Assembly: GCA_965112155.1 (NCBI GenBank) | Contig: OZ218101.1 | Source of the DNA: Podarcis liolepis | Lineage: Eukaryota | Direction: 5' to 3' (one strand) | DNA: 64,000 bases | Shown here: positions 20,672 through 33,964 of the stretch, in pieces | Layout: each line of letters starts with the position of its first letter | Position numbering within the stretch: the first letter of the stretch is position 1 | The notes under the pieces: model-generated | The model's database searches: none | What the model saw: only the letters and a program-made list of their open reading frames with translations | What the model was told of the DNA's origin: nothing | Program-made: the position numbers and the translations under genes

Positions 20672-23463
20672 AAATAGCTATTACATTACAGCAGTTCATC
20701 CTGTGTTCTGCAAAGCAGAACACTTAATGTCTCAACAAATGAAACTGACCTGTAGAAAATGTAACTTGAAAAAAGTGACATTGCACGTACTTTTGTAAAC
20801 CAAGAAATCTTTAATAAAAATACATTAAAAATAACAGTGATAAAGAAAGCTCACCTGAACACTCACAAAGTCATAGAGATAAATGTTCAAAATTAATGGC
20901 ATCTTTGAACTAATGGCTCACTTTGTTATTTCTATGAATAAGAGAAAAATACATTTTTGTTTAACAGTTAGGTATATACTGCTGATGTTCCTCATAATTG
21001 TTTTTGCTTGCCCTAACCATATTGACGCTGCCTGCTTTGCTTTCTGAGTCAAAGCTGAAACAACAAACGTATATCTAGTACTGACATAGGAACATTTGTC
21101 TGCGGTATTAGCTCCGCTCTAGAAAATTGCAGACCATAACTGAAGAGGCAAGAATACAAATTCTGCAGCGTGAGCCAGTTATACAAATAAGCACACTGTA
21201 GTTTCCGCTGATAGAAACACAGACATCAGAGAGTCACAATCATATGTTGACGTGATGTGAGGGAGGTCTGTTTGTTTGGATATCAGACTGAATTCCCTTT
21301 AAAATAAAAGAGAAATATTTTTCAAATGAAAACAGTTGGATATTTAGGGAGAGGCAACAAAAAATTCACTAGTGCCAATGAATTTGATGCTGGACATGAA
21401 AGTCCATGCCAGCAGTTATCTGTGTGTGTTTTTTCACTATGGAAAAATCATCTACTCAGATGTGCACATCTACTCAGATGTAAATTCCACCAAGTTCAAT
21501 GAGACTTACAGTCAGCAAGTTTGCACAGAGTTGTTGCCTTAATCATTCGAAGTCAATTTCTTAATTTTTATATGGACGTCTGTCATATAGTTTCTCCCCA
21601 AATTTCAGGTTTTCCAAGTGTTTTGATTTTTTTAATCAAAAAAATGAGTTGAAAAGGTAGGGAATATTATTAGGAATATTGAATGATGAATAATGAAATG
21701 AAATCCTTTAAGTTTGTTCAGAATGCCTTTCTTTTGCAACAGAGTAGTCATGAGCTACTTCCTTACATTTGGAGACCTGGGTCTGGGGAAGAGCCTTATT
21801 GTTGGAAGGCAGGATCCTAATACCCAGCATGCCTTGCTTTAGAAATGAAGCATTTGCCAAAGAGGCCGCCTGTTTCTTCCAGCCTTTCCCAGACACTACT
21901 AGTGTGGTTGCTGTCTTTCAGGTCACTTGTCAGAAAATTGAAGGGGAAATGTTGGGTCTTGCCTCCCACCCTCACCTAGCCATTTTGAAAGCTGTGTAGG
22001 TTAGATAGCTTTTGCACAGGACTCAACTAGGTGCTGGTACCAGAAGAAGTTCCATGGTACCAAACATTCTCGTTTTAAATTATTTTACGTTTATTTTAAG
22101 CAGATTTAGACGCCGCACAACACAAATTGTGGGAAACTAAGTCTTTGAGGGTTGCTTAAATGAAAGTTGATTCACACAGTGCCAAACTATGCTTGTGCTG
22201 TACTCGACATAAAGGGATGTAAGCCTACTAGATAGAGATCAGGTTTTCCAGTAGTGACGTGCCTTCTAACACAGGCAGTACAGCTGCTGCTTTGCCAAGT
22301 GGGGTGGGTGGGGGCAACAGTGAGGTTGGGGCCACAAAGCAACATTGGAAGGGACTGTGCCTAGTACACTCTTGGATCTCAATACGTGTCTAGTAGCTTA
22401 ATGGGAGACGTGCCCAGTAGTACATGCAATGGGGTGTGGGACAACTGGCTGCTTTTTCTTCCTGTCACATCCCTGGCTGCTCATCATGGTGACACCAGCC
22501 ATTCTAGAAGGGAAAATGGTGGAAAGGACTGGGGCAGGGGTGTCGCGGTGCCAATAGGACAGTTTGTGTTTTCCTCAAATCTCTCCCCCTCTCCTAGCCA
22601 GAGTTCCTTAGCTGTCGTCTTTGGAATGGAGGTCTTTGCTCCATGATGATGTGGAAAGGCTGGGTCGTAAGCTGTGTGGGCCCAACAGGTGAGACCCAGG
22701 CAGCAACAGGGAGCAGATCTAAAAAGGTGATCTTGCAACGCATTGCAGAACTGGGAAGTTTGGGCCTATTGCATTCTGAAGGTGTAAGGAAGCGAGTAAA
22801 ATGTTACCAAATCTTTTTCAATAAAAGCACCAGTATAACTGAAACATTTGTTTGGGTTGGGGGAGTGTTCATTGGTTAGGATTTATAGATCTAGATAAAT
22901 GTGGAGAGGCTTTGAAACTCCCCCCATTTACAACAGTATGCCCCATTTCCAGTTGACCCTAGCTGCTTGGAGACTAGAACAGATTGGAAAAGGGGTTCAT
23001 CATTCATCACTGCCATCACCAGCCTTCAGTTTTTCCCCTCATTGCCAGTAAAATGCCTTACCTTTGCAAAGGGGGAGCTCATATGCAGGTGCTTCTATTA
23101 AAATGGCACTCCTGAGCATTCTCAGGAATATCAGTTCCTCCTGCAATCATGGAGCTTGTCGCTCTGAAGGAAGTGATATCAATGCTTGGGCGTATCGTTT
23201 TCAACTGAGAATCAGACAGGTGCCTCTCTGTGAGCCCCTCCTGGCACCAGTTACCCCCCTCCCCATTTGAAAAGGCATTTTGTTGTTGAAGGGGGAAACA
23301 ACCAGGGGTGGTGGGGCTGTACTGAAACCGTTTGGAGTTTTCAAATCTTTCTTTTCTGAATGTTCAAAAGGTGGAGGTTTTTTTTTGGCGAAATAGTCTA
23401 TGACATTAAGGCTTATCTCTCTCCCTCCCAACCCCCACCAATTCTCACACACCACTAGATATA

Positions 23464-23705
23464 CAGTGGTACCTTGGTTGTCAAACTTAATCCAGTCCCA
23501 GAGTCCGTTCGACTCCCAGAACCGTTTGAAAACTAAGGCACGGCTTCCAATTGGCCGCAGGAACTTCCTGCACTCAATCGGAAGCCGTGTCGGATGTTCA
23601 GCTTCCAAAAAACATTCACAAACCGGAACACTTACTAATGGGTTTGCGGCATTTGGGAACGGATCTGTTTGAGAGCCAAGCCATTCGAGAACCAAGGTAC
23701 TACTG
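23464..23705. mobile_element. Tc1/mariner (Tigger-like) MITE
   Basis: TIRs CAGTGGTACCTTGGTT and AACCAAGGTACTACTG (15/16); TA duplications at 23462-63 and 23706-07. Confidence 0.9.
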
Positions 23706-23707
23706 TA

Positions 23708-24010
23708 ATTTTATTTATTTACATTATTTTTATCATTCTTCATTAAAATCTCAAAGTGGTGTAAAATGTCAGAAATGAAATTCCAGTGGAACCAGCACAT
23801 ATGCAAAAGTAATCATGAAAAGGAAGAACAAACTGGTATTAACTGGCAGCATAGGCAGTTGGGGAAATAAAAATGGTGGAAATGTTGGCGCTTGCCACAA
23901 CTCTGAGGGGAGCTTGTTCCCTAGAAAAGGCACTCAAACAGATAACGCTCCCCCCTTGCTGGTGTCTACAAGATGGTAGCAGGACAAGGAGGGAGTCTTT
24001 CACTGATCTT
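23708..24010 (-). mobile_element. L2 LINE 3' fragment, decayed
   Basis: (TTTA)n tail and L2-like segment GGGAGCTTGTTCC...GGCAC..AACAGATAACGC in reverse orientation. Confidence 0.4.
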
Positions 24011-25494
24011 CAGTAACTAACAAGGTGATAGGGGGGAAAGTGCTCCCTAAGATTATTTAAGGCTGTGGAACAATGCCCTCCTAAAAAAATCTTCCAACCT
24101 TTCAAAGTGAACCAGGGTGTGTGGTTTGTGGATACAACTGGTGCAGCGCGCTGAAAGTCTCCTGTGTAAATGTGGTACGTTGTACAGGGTGCTTTTGATT
24201 CCAGGCTTGTGCATGCGAGAGGGACTGAGGAAAAGACACAACACATTCAGGGAATTGGCAGAACTGGCAGCCTTCTCTGTGACACAGAGTTTTTAATGAA
24301 TGTTCAAGAGGTGCGTACAGTGCCACTGAGATTTCAGTCTCAGAAGGGAGGGCCATCCCATCATTAAGACAGTTGCAATATAATGAAAGTAATAATCCAA
24401 AGGCAATCTTTCAGTGGTCCTTCCTCTTAATGCCTGTCCTGCCAATATTAAGAATTTCCCCGTAGTGCAGCTTGATAGCTTAGCTACACTGTTGTCTTAG
24501 TTCCTCCCTTCACGGGGAGCAAAACAAGACTTTCAAAGTGTACAGTTAGAAACCGGTGAAGTGTGCAGAAGAACACGGGAGTGAAAACAGGGACTTGGTT
24601 CCCCCAAGACCCCAACAGCTGGGGCAATTTGCTTCTCTTGATTGTGTGACCTGATTTTTCTTTTGCAAACTACACACGGCCCAGACTTTTAACAAGGACT
24701 GGGGGGGGGGGGAGAGGGCTAGTCTTAAATCTACACATAATTGCATGGCAGGAGTCTCTCTCGAATGTAAATGTCTGTGAAATTATTAAGCAGCAGAAAT
24801 CTGTTACAAACCCTTGAACTCTCTTTGTTGTTTAAATGACCACCTACAGAACCACTCGGAGAGGCACAGCAGCAGTACAGTGGCCTCCTTTATGTGAAAA
24901 GCTGTGTGCGCTGAGAAATTTCTTTCAAGAATTCTGAAACCAGAGCTGATTCCGTCCGTACAATAGAGGACACTAATTATAGACCTTGAAGATGTCTAGG
25001 CTGCAGAGTAGGAAAGATAGGCTGGTGGATGGCGATAATCAGGGCTACTGTTGCAGAACCTAAGAACAGTATTTCCTTTCTTCTGTTAACAATACTGGAT
25101 TGTTAGTTGTTTCCTGTCTGTATGACAGTGTCATTTTATTTTTTTTCAAAAGCTAATTTAGGACACCTATGTAATGTGGTTATTGGTGTAAAGAGTCGAA
25201 ACATCCCTTTCCCGTGTATAAAATGGCAGTCTGGTGACGGCACCATTGCACTCCATGTGGGCTCCAGGATTGTTTGCTGGAGCAAAGGCTCGTTTAAAAG
25301 GGGGATTTCATGTGCCAGCTGTCAGACAAAACACTGTGCAAGGAGAGGGTTAAAAGCGACTAATTATTCCAGCTCTGGAGGGTTAACTGTATTGTCCCTT
25401 TATTTTCCTATGTCGTCCCATGGGAATTGTTTTGGTATCTCAGATGTGGATCATGGATAGTTTTCAAATTGTGTTTTAGGGGTAAATTCGGGCT

Positions 25495-25680
25495 AGGGAT
25501 GGGGGAAGAATTTAATCCAGTTTGCATTTAAATATGAACTTATTGAATTTGTACTTTCCAAAACAAAATGAGAAGCAAAATTCAGTCAACTTTTGAAATT
25601 TGCACTTAATCTGAATCTTGTGATTTATTGTAGTTGCACAATGTTCACACACAAAAAATCATTAAGATGCATAAAAGAGA
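25495..25680. mobile_element. Squamate hAT-Ac-like DNA transposon fragment
   Basis: Starts TAGGGATGGGGGAAGAATTT...TTTGCATTTAAA...GAAATTTGCACTT, matching a recalled common squamate repeat. Confidence 0.5.
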
Positions 25681-27439
25681 TTAAGGGCACATTGTATCCA
25701 GGCAGTTCTCTGGAGAAGGAGGCAAAGCAGGGTTGGTGCAGGGTGTGGCCTAGGGAACAGTCCTGAAAGCCAGATAGAGGGGACTAGAAGGATCATGTAT
25801 AACCTTTGGGTGTGAGGTTCCCCATTCCTGGTCCATTTGTTCAGGAAAGGCAAAGGTGCTAGGTTTGGTTGCAAACTAGATAGATTTCTCTCCAATACAT
25901 ATGAGGAAGACTAAAGAGGATTGCAGCCTAAATATGATATGAAATGGAAAGGTTGATTGTATTAGAATTGTTACCTTTATATATAGAATCAGTTGCTTTA
26001 ATACCCATGGCATGACTGTAAAAATACAGAAAGTTATATGTTTATCTGGTTCAGTACCACGCAAAAATCTTGATCCCTTGATGTGTTTTTATTTTTAAAA
26101 ATCCAAGCAAACAACTTGATGCCAGCTGCTAACAGTAACAACACAGAATCTATTTTTGCATTTGATGGGAACGTATTTTAGCTGGCATTGGCAAGATCGC
26201 TTTTGCTCTCTCTTCCTAACCCATAATTATTCCCTGCTCACTCCTTTCTTAAGCTTTATTATGAATGTCAAAATATAGCCAAATATTAATGTACTGATTA
26301 ATATACCCTGTAGTCATTGGGTATAATATTAAGACTTCTGGGGTTTTAATCATAATTATAGCCCATAGTTCAATTCACAAAAATGCCTGGAAGGTTGTCT
26401 AGGTACCTCTGCCCACACTTTTTGCAGTCATCTTAGGATAATGTTAATTTGTGTTTTTTAAAAAGTTTTAACAGGGTTGTTGTTTTTTTTTAAAAAATTG
26501 CAAGTGGGTGGGAGGTAGATTAGAAGCCATTAGGATTATTTATAATTAAACTCCCATGGTGATATCCACAAAGCCCTGTTGCTATGCATCTTCTGCTCAT
26601 GCCATTGGGGGCTGTATAACAACAGTAAATCAGCCCCCCTGGAATAGATGGCCAGAGGGCCGCAATCAGGCATGATGCTCACAAGACAGAGCAAATAATG
26701 TGTCCAACCCACAGATCAGTGATGCTTGGGGTGGGGGGCTTAGTCATAATTTTCATGACTTGTAGAAGTTCAGCACAACCCTGAACTTCTATGAAGGAAA
26801 ACCTGAAAAACATGAAGGATGTTTTTAAGGAGCAAGCAAAACGGAACAAAAATGGTTTGTGCATTTTCTCAAAGGTGTTTGTCAAGCTTAAAATGTGCCA
26901 TATACAACGAGGGAGCGTATGAACTTTCTGTTGCCAGTGACTCATCTTTCTGTTGAAAAGGGAGTTAGCTTTCTCATAAGACTGGCCCACAAACTTCCAG
27001 ATTTGCCACTCAGTAAGAAGCAAGTAAATATGTAGCCACATTTTTCACATGGCAGTTAACGAGTTCTTAATTTAGTGGCTAAATTTTAGCCCCTTGCATG
27101 TGTCTGCCTACAGGACGAAGCTGGCAAACAGCCCTTCATAGCTGACATTCTCTAGTTGCCAGGGGCTCAGCGCTGGTATTTCAGCGTTAGATGAAGAGAC
27201 ATTTTTAGAATGATGTTGTGATTAGGAACATTTCCACATAATCTCCCTTGATAGCTGCTTCACTCACTTTCCAGCAGCTGTGCTATATTACAATAGGGGC
27301 TATGGACTCAAAAACTAAAGTTCTGGACTCACTTATCTCCTGTTAACTTTAAATTGGATGACACCATATTGAGCAGATGCAAGATTGCAGTTCTAATGTC
27401 CTATATACCTAACTGCCCCCCTTCAAAATACTATCTCCC

Positions 27440-27458
27440 GTGTGTGTGTGTGTGTGTG
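27440..27458. repeat. (GT)n microsatellite
   Basis: Direct reading. Confidence 0.95.
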
Positions 27459-28566
27459 AACATTTTGTGTTGATCTCTCTGGGATGATTTCACTAGCAGT
27501 TGTGTGTGGGTCTCTGAACTAATTAAAGGCAGCCTGAATCTCTTAATATGAGTGTAATTCCTCCCAGATTGTGTCAAATGATACAAGCAATGATTTATTT
27601 TTTTTAATGATGTGTTGTGGGTGCCAACACAAAATGGCTACCATGGTGGTGGTACTCTGTGTTGGTGAGTCCTGTCACAAAAGAAGCCCTGTGCCATTAT
27701 CAAACAGTTGCAGAATTTATCTTTGTTGACCACTTGAATGGAGAAAAGAAGGGTTTCTGTACCTTTCAGGAGCTATGCAGAAGAGGCTGTGCTACACAGG
27801 CGAAAGACTGCACGTTCTGACATTTTGTTAAGGGTACAGGAATAGAGTTGTCTCCCACCATCCCACCCTATCTCTGTGCATCTGGCTGCTCTGTTTACAG
27901 TTTGAACCTGGGCACGTAATGAAACTATGATTTACAGAAATTGTCAAATCCAGAGCACAGTATTGCTCACATACATAATCCTTAAGCACCACATTTGACT
28001 TTGTAAGTGTTAGGCTGATGTATAGTCTGTAAATGTTTAACCCAATGTGGAAGCCTTCATGCTGACTGTGTCTTGAGGGATGTCTTTTGCTTCATTGTTT
28101 ATCATTTTCTAATGTTCCTGTTCCTCTGGTCACAAATGCCAGCAGGTAGCTTTCCTTTCACAACTGAATATGCCTGAAACGTACCAAACTAATGGTCAAA
28201 ATTTGGCCAGATAAAGAGGATCTCTTCACTCCATGTGTGCATTTTGATTTAGTATGGCCCAGAATTTATGACCTCATTCTGAGCTGAGAGCTGTTATACA
28301 CATTATGTAGAATAAGGTAGTAGAATTCTGGGTGGTACCACATCAGACCACAGATAGAATATTGTAAGCTTTTTATGTTTCTTGTACAGGGAAGACTTCC
28401 TATGAGTCATGAATTAGCAAGTCAAAGACAGGACTACCTTGCACTTTCTCTCCAATGGAGTATTCATGCCACAGCCTACCACTGTATTCTGCACAGTGCC
28501 TTCAACCCAAGGCGTGCCTTCAGGCATGCCTTGGGTTGAAGACACATGATGCAGTAACCATGCTAC

Positions 28567-28672
28567 AGCTAAGTGCATCTGGGTCTCGTCAGTGCCTGAA
28601 TGGGATTTGGGAGTCCCATGTAGGCGGGCAGCCTTGAGGTCCATGATGGAAGACAAGTGGGATAGAAATAGA
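28567..28672 (+). mobile_element. SINE fragment with 5S rRNA-like segment and L2-type tail
   Basis: AGCTAAGTGCATCTGGGTCTCGTCAGTGCCTGAATGGGA resembles 5S AGCTAAGCAGGGTCGGGCCTGGTTAGTACTTGGATGGGA; tail CCTTGAG...AAGTGGGATAGAAATA. Confidence 0.5.
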
Positions 28673-30004
28673 TTGAAACAGGCAAATTTGATCAGCGCCA
28701 CTTATGGGAAGGCTATATTTTTTCAGATTCCAGAACCATAGCCAAGTTCTGCCAAATGTACAGTGGCAGAATAAGCATATCGCAGAATGAGGTGGTAGAA
28801 TCAAAATGTAGACGGGGGTGATACAGATCTGTTAGGAATGTCCCTCAATGGAAAACTAGCACACCAGTGCTTCAGGTCTATTTTTTCTGCTTGCAGGGGT
28901 ATATTTCTGAAGGGGCAGCATGCAGAAAGGTGATCTCTCACCTGCAGTCTTAAGGGGTTTTGCCTATCCTTCTACCACATTTCCACTTTATTCTGGTGCA
29001 TGAGTCCATCCTTCCTAACCTACTTTTATATTCTCTGGAACAAATCACACACCCACACAAATATGTAAACTTAAGTTATTTATGTAGCTTAGTCTGAACA
29101 GCATGGTATTTCCTGTGTTGGCTTTGCAAGGGGCGGGGTCTCCAGCCAATGTAGACGAGGTATGGCTGCCCTTGTGGGCTTGACCTGCTCCCCCTGAAAG
29201 TCCACTGGGAACTACGCCTCCTTGTTTCTTGGCATGGCCCCCTGCTGCTATTGCTGGCTCCAGCATTGCACTTAGGAGTCTTATCTGTACTTGGACAAAA
29301 GTCACGTTCCCATGGGTTTGACAGCCACAGTATTGCCAGATACACAATCACCCACCAGAAGATTCCAGTCCCATCCTAAAATGGAGATGCTTAAAATAAT
29401 GTCGTCAATCAAGAAAAAAGCAAATTTGTTTGTGGTTAGGATTAAACTAGGATGCCCCGATTGGAAACAAAGCTCTATTATATGATCAATGTAACAGACC
29501 GTCCTCAAGGGAAATCCATAAAATCCCATTTATCCCACCAGCTGGAAGCAGTTGGATGTACTAACCAAAAATTGTGTTAGTCTGGGCTACAAAACGCTCT
29601 CTACAAAGTCTGCATTTCTGAGCTAACATTTGGACCTTTTGATCTAACCAATTTTAGTTTCCTTTTTAAAGTTTATCTCTGCAAGAAACAGCTTGGTTTA
29701 CCTTGGCTTCATTCTAAATTTATATTTGAGGCTGCCCAGAGCCCCCGGCTCTTAACGAGAACAACATTCCATTACAGACCATTTGCATAGACTTAAGTGC
29801 AGAGTCTACCCAAGTTCTGCATGTATGCATATTTCATTTTTCTTCTTCAAAAATTGCTCATAGCTTGCACTCCATTCAGCTGGAATAAGGACTCATTAAT
29901 GAGAAATTTTAATGGGAAAGTAAAAGTTTGGCCTAGAAATACACCATATTCACTTCAGACTTTAATTATTAAGTATATATATTTATTTATGCTAGTGTAA
30001 TATT

Positions 30005-30094
30005 CAGTGCAATCTTAAAACATGTTTACCCTGAATTAAGCCTTACTGAGTTGAATATGGGCATGCTCCCTGATGAGTGCGCTTAGGACTGCAG
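30005..30094. mobile_element. ~85-bp palindromic Harbinger-like MITE
   Basis: CAGTGCAATCTTAAAACATGTTTAC...TTAGGACTGCAGC. Confidence 0.5.
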
Positions 30095-30936
30095 CATGGG
30101 ATGCATTAAAAGCAGCGACTGAGATGAATACTGCCAATGGCACGGGGATATCCACAACCACTTCATCCAATGTGCAGAATAACACTTTGCATGTATACTT
30201 TATCGCACTTTATAGCAATCAAAACACTTCACCTCTATTGTCTCAGAATTCTTGCAGCCACCTTGCTATAGTGTGTGTGTCTGTTTCTGAGATTGAGAGA
30301 TAGCGGTTGGGCTAAAGTAATCTAGGAAGGCAAGTTCTAAACTTGGAACTTGCATCGGCCCATTCTTATCACTCTTGCACCAGTTGCATGTTGAAGTCTA
30401 AGTTGTTTGCAATTTTAAAATGGTATGGAACTGTATTCCTGGTTGCATTATTTGTCAGGGAGAGCTTCCATTTCCTCATGTGAGGCATCTCCTGATGTGA
30501 TACTCACACACATCTCACCACAGTGGAGGGCAAAAAGAGATGTGCAGCTTTTCCTTTAGCTATTACACCAGAAAGCAGAAACAGGAAAAGTGAAATCATA
30601 AATTGCTTGTTCATACACTTTGCCTGCTTCAGAGTAATGTCTGAATTTGCTGTTAGAAATCTAAATGCAGAATCGGGACCAGAAGCACAGTAGTCATATT
30701 CAGGGATTCTTCACTACCATGCCCAGCAACACAACAGCAAGACATGTTTGGGGGGGTGTCAGTCAAGCCAAGTTTCCCTATTCCAATTTGGTGCACTGCT
30801 CCCCAGTGTACACTTGTACAGTGCAAAGGTCTGTAGGGAGAGATCATTTCACACCTAGAGTGCTATGTGCAAATGCTTCCATGGAATTTGGAACGCTGGT
30901 TGTTCAGGCTTCCAGATTCCGGGGAGTTTTTGTGCA

Positions 30937-30943
<7 letters not shown>

Positions 30944-30979
<36 letters not shown>
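30944..30979. repeat. (AC)n microsatellite
   Basis: Direct reading. Confidence 0.95.
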
Positions 30980-30981
<2 letters not shown>

Positions 30982-31922
30982 CTCCAGAGCAATTTCCACT
31001 GTATGTACAGATGTTGTGGAGGAGGACCTAGATAGAGTGTATGACATTGGAGGCAGGACTACTAAGTATATCCCTACTGTTTCTTCCTTTTGGGTGAAGG
31101 GCAAGAAATAAATAATAAACTTACTGAAAACAAGAGTGAAAAAGTCATGCATAGGGCTAAGTAGAACAGCAAGTTAAACAACCCTCTGCATTCCACCTGC
31201 TTCCCATCTTCTGCGGCCCTCTTTTTAGGTCCTCCCCCTCCCCTACAAAGATGTTTTGTGCCTTTTGCAAAATGGGGAGCTCCTCTGAGCAGGCGGGCAC
31301 CTCTGTATTGTTTCTCTGTGGCCCTGTTGTGTCTGCAGTCCTGTTGGCACTCGCCAGCTGAGTGTGCTTTTAGGTGGAGGGTTGATTGTTCAGGACAGCT
31401 GTGTGTCTGCATTCTGGAGCCAGTGTAGCTCCCTTTATGCATCAGGCTTTGAGTAACAGCACTGTCTGCCATAGCATTACTTGTTTATAAGAAGAGGTTG
31501 TCTGATTATTCCCCCAGATAGTGCTGCTGTTGCCTCCCTTTACAGGAGTATGAAAGGATTTGTTCCCATTTCTACTATCTGACTGGGCTTTAATGTTCTT
31601 GATTACCAGTGACCCAAAAAGTCTGCTGAGCGTGGAGTGTGTGCCGGCAAAGCTTGAAGTCTTTCCTTCCCCCTAGGCTTCACTCTGTTATTGTGTCTAG
31701 TCTGTCAGCTGAAATGCTGTATTTCGTTCATTGTGCTTTGCAGGGAAATGCTTGATCTAATAATGTTTTGAATATTTTAGAAAGGTTTCGATATCAGAAA
31801 AGCCAGGAATATTTGAAAAGGTTGGAAGCTTTGCAGTGCATGTTTTTCATCATTCAGAGCTTCTAGTTCTGATTTTCCTCTTAAACTAGTTTCTTGCTCC
31901 CCCCCCATACAATCCATGAACT

Positions 31923-31924
<2 letters not shown>

Positions 31925-31962
<38 letters not shown>
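31925..31962. repeat. (AC)n microsatellite
   Basis: Direct reading. Confidence 0.95.
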
Positions 31963-31964
<2 letters not shown>

Positions 31965-32060
31965 TATTGTATGAAGGTGCTTGAAAGATACACCATTGGA
32001 AAGAGAAAATAGTTAACTGACTGAATCCCAGTTTCCCCCATCCCAGGTCCCCAGTTGCTA

Positions 32061-32121
32061 GCATCATAGAATTGCAGAGTTGGAAGGGACCCAAGGGTCA
32101 TCTAGTCCACCCCCTGCAATG
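32061..32121 (-). mobile_element. CR1-type 3' tail fragment
   Basis: CATAGAATTGCAGAGTTGGAAGGGACCCAAGGGTCATCTAGTCC is the reverse complement of the CR1 3' end. Confidence 0.75.
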
Positions 32122-32739
32122 TTGTTGGCCTACAATCCCCTCCTCCCATTATCTCCAAATACCGTGATGAGAAGTCCAGGAGTTAGAGTGCAATGACATC
32201 TGTTGACCAAGGGTTGGGGAAGGCTGCTCTAGAAACATCTGTTTCAGGCTGAATGGCTTCCATATGCCTGTCTCTTCCTCAGGAATCCCATGGGCCTGCC
32301 ATTCTGAAGTAGCTGAGCCTTCAAAGCATGAATTTGGAAGTTTGGATTCACAGTGGGGGGTGGTGGACATCCTTCAGCTCCTTCTCTTCCTTCATATGTG
32401 CTCACAAACCTGTCATGAGTTCCCCCCGGTTGCAAATATTGATGTAAGGCAGAGGAGACGGCCAGATGAAGCCCAAGGGCCCAGCCTCATCTGGCCTTCA
32501 GCAAAGCCCCCAAAACTTCTGCTTTCTCAGATACCTCAGTAGCTTTCTCACAAGCCAAGCCATAGGCAAAGACTTATTATTATTCCTATCTGGTTTCCAG
32601 CATCTTCTGAAATAAGGTAATCATGCTTAGCATATTTTCAGATTAAAGTAATGGGCACTTTTCACTCTACATGTCTTCCCTACATTCCCCATAGCGTGGC
32701 TTTCTGAGATGGCTACGGTAATATTGTCAATATCTAAAT

Positions 32740-32878
32740 CAGGTGTGGAGGACATTTTGCCTTCCAGATGTTTCTGAACTACAACTCCCATCAGTCTCAG
32801 CAAGCATGGCCAATGGCCAAGGATGATAGGAGTTGCGATTCAGCAACATCTGGAGGGCCAAAGGTACCCCCACATCTG
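32740..32878. mobile_element. Palindromic hAT-type MITE (URR1-like)
   Basis: CAGGTGTGG...CCAGATGTT..GAACTACAACTCCCATCA...TGATAGGAGTTG..CAACATCTGGAGGG...CACATCTG; TSD ATCTAAAT / ATCTAAAC (7/8). Confidence 0.85.
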
Positions 32879-33964
32879 ATCTAAACTATACAAAAATCAA
32901 CAGGCCTTTTTATATGTAGTTCAATTCAGGCAACCCTTCGAATGGGGTTAAAAGCAGTGGGCAATTTCTTTCTAAACCATACAAACTTTTTAAAATAGAA
33001 AAGCTATTCGTTTCATTAGAGGTGAAATGAGGAACCATTTCAGTGAACTTCTTTAGGATTTTAGAATTTATGATAGAAAGCTGGACATCAGCTGTGCTGC
33101 TCTTTGTCAGTTGGAATCAGTAAGCAATCTTGTTTTTGTTCTGCTGAATAACTTAATATCAATTCAAGCAACTGTGGTTCTTCCCAATAACTTTCCTGTT
33201 GTTTTTAACTGAAGGGAACATTGTGCTGCTTCAGGAAGATAAGGCTGACAAGAAGAATGAGAAACTATTTACTGAGAATGATCACTTGTTATTTTTTTCT
33301 AGTTATAAAACTGCAGAGAATAGTTTCATTGACTTCTTATGTTTGGGAACTGCTCAGTAGTTAACAAGGTGTTAATAATGTGTTTGTTCAGTCCCTTCTG
33401 GACAACCTGGACCATAGAAATAAAAGTTCTCTTATTTTATTTGTTTGTTTTAAATGTCATGGTTTGGAGAAGGCTAAAATTCTATCCTATCTGTCAATCA
33501 ACCAACCACAATATTTATCTGGATTAGTCAACATTCACCAGCTTTCAAAAAGAAGACGTTAAATTTAGCACCTGATAAATACCTTAATCCTAAATGCATT
33601 TGTTTGGAAGCACATCCCATTGACTTCAGTGGATATTTGTTTTCAGTAAGTACAGTTCCACTGTGGGAAACATTGATGTTTCTGGTAGAAAATGCATAAA
33701 ATGTGGGCATCATACAGGAATCTGGATTACACTGGACATCCGTGTACCCTATTAACTGTTTACATGCTTGCTGCCTTCAGTGGTGAAAAGTAGAAATTCT
33801 GCTGAAACTGCCCAGATAAAAGTTCTAAAGAAGAGATGAGCATTACAGGCCCTCTGAATTCTTCCTCTCAGATTAAAATCTGAGCCAGATAAGAATTCCT
33901 GGTTGACTGACTGTCCCTACAACTAATTCCTCCTTCCACATTTCCCTTCAGGCTGTATGTACTT

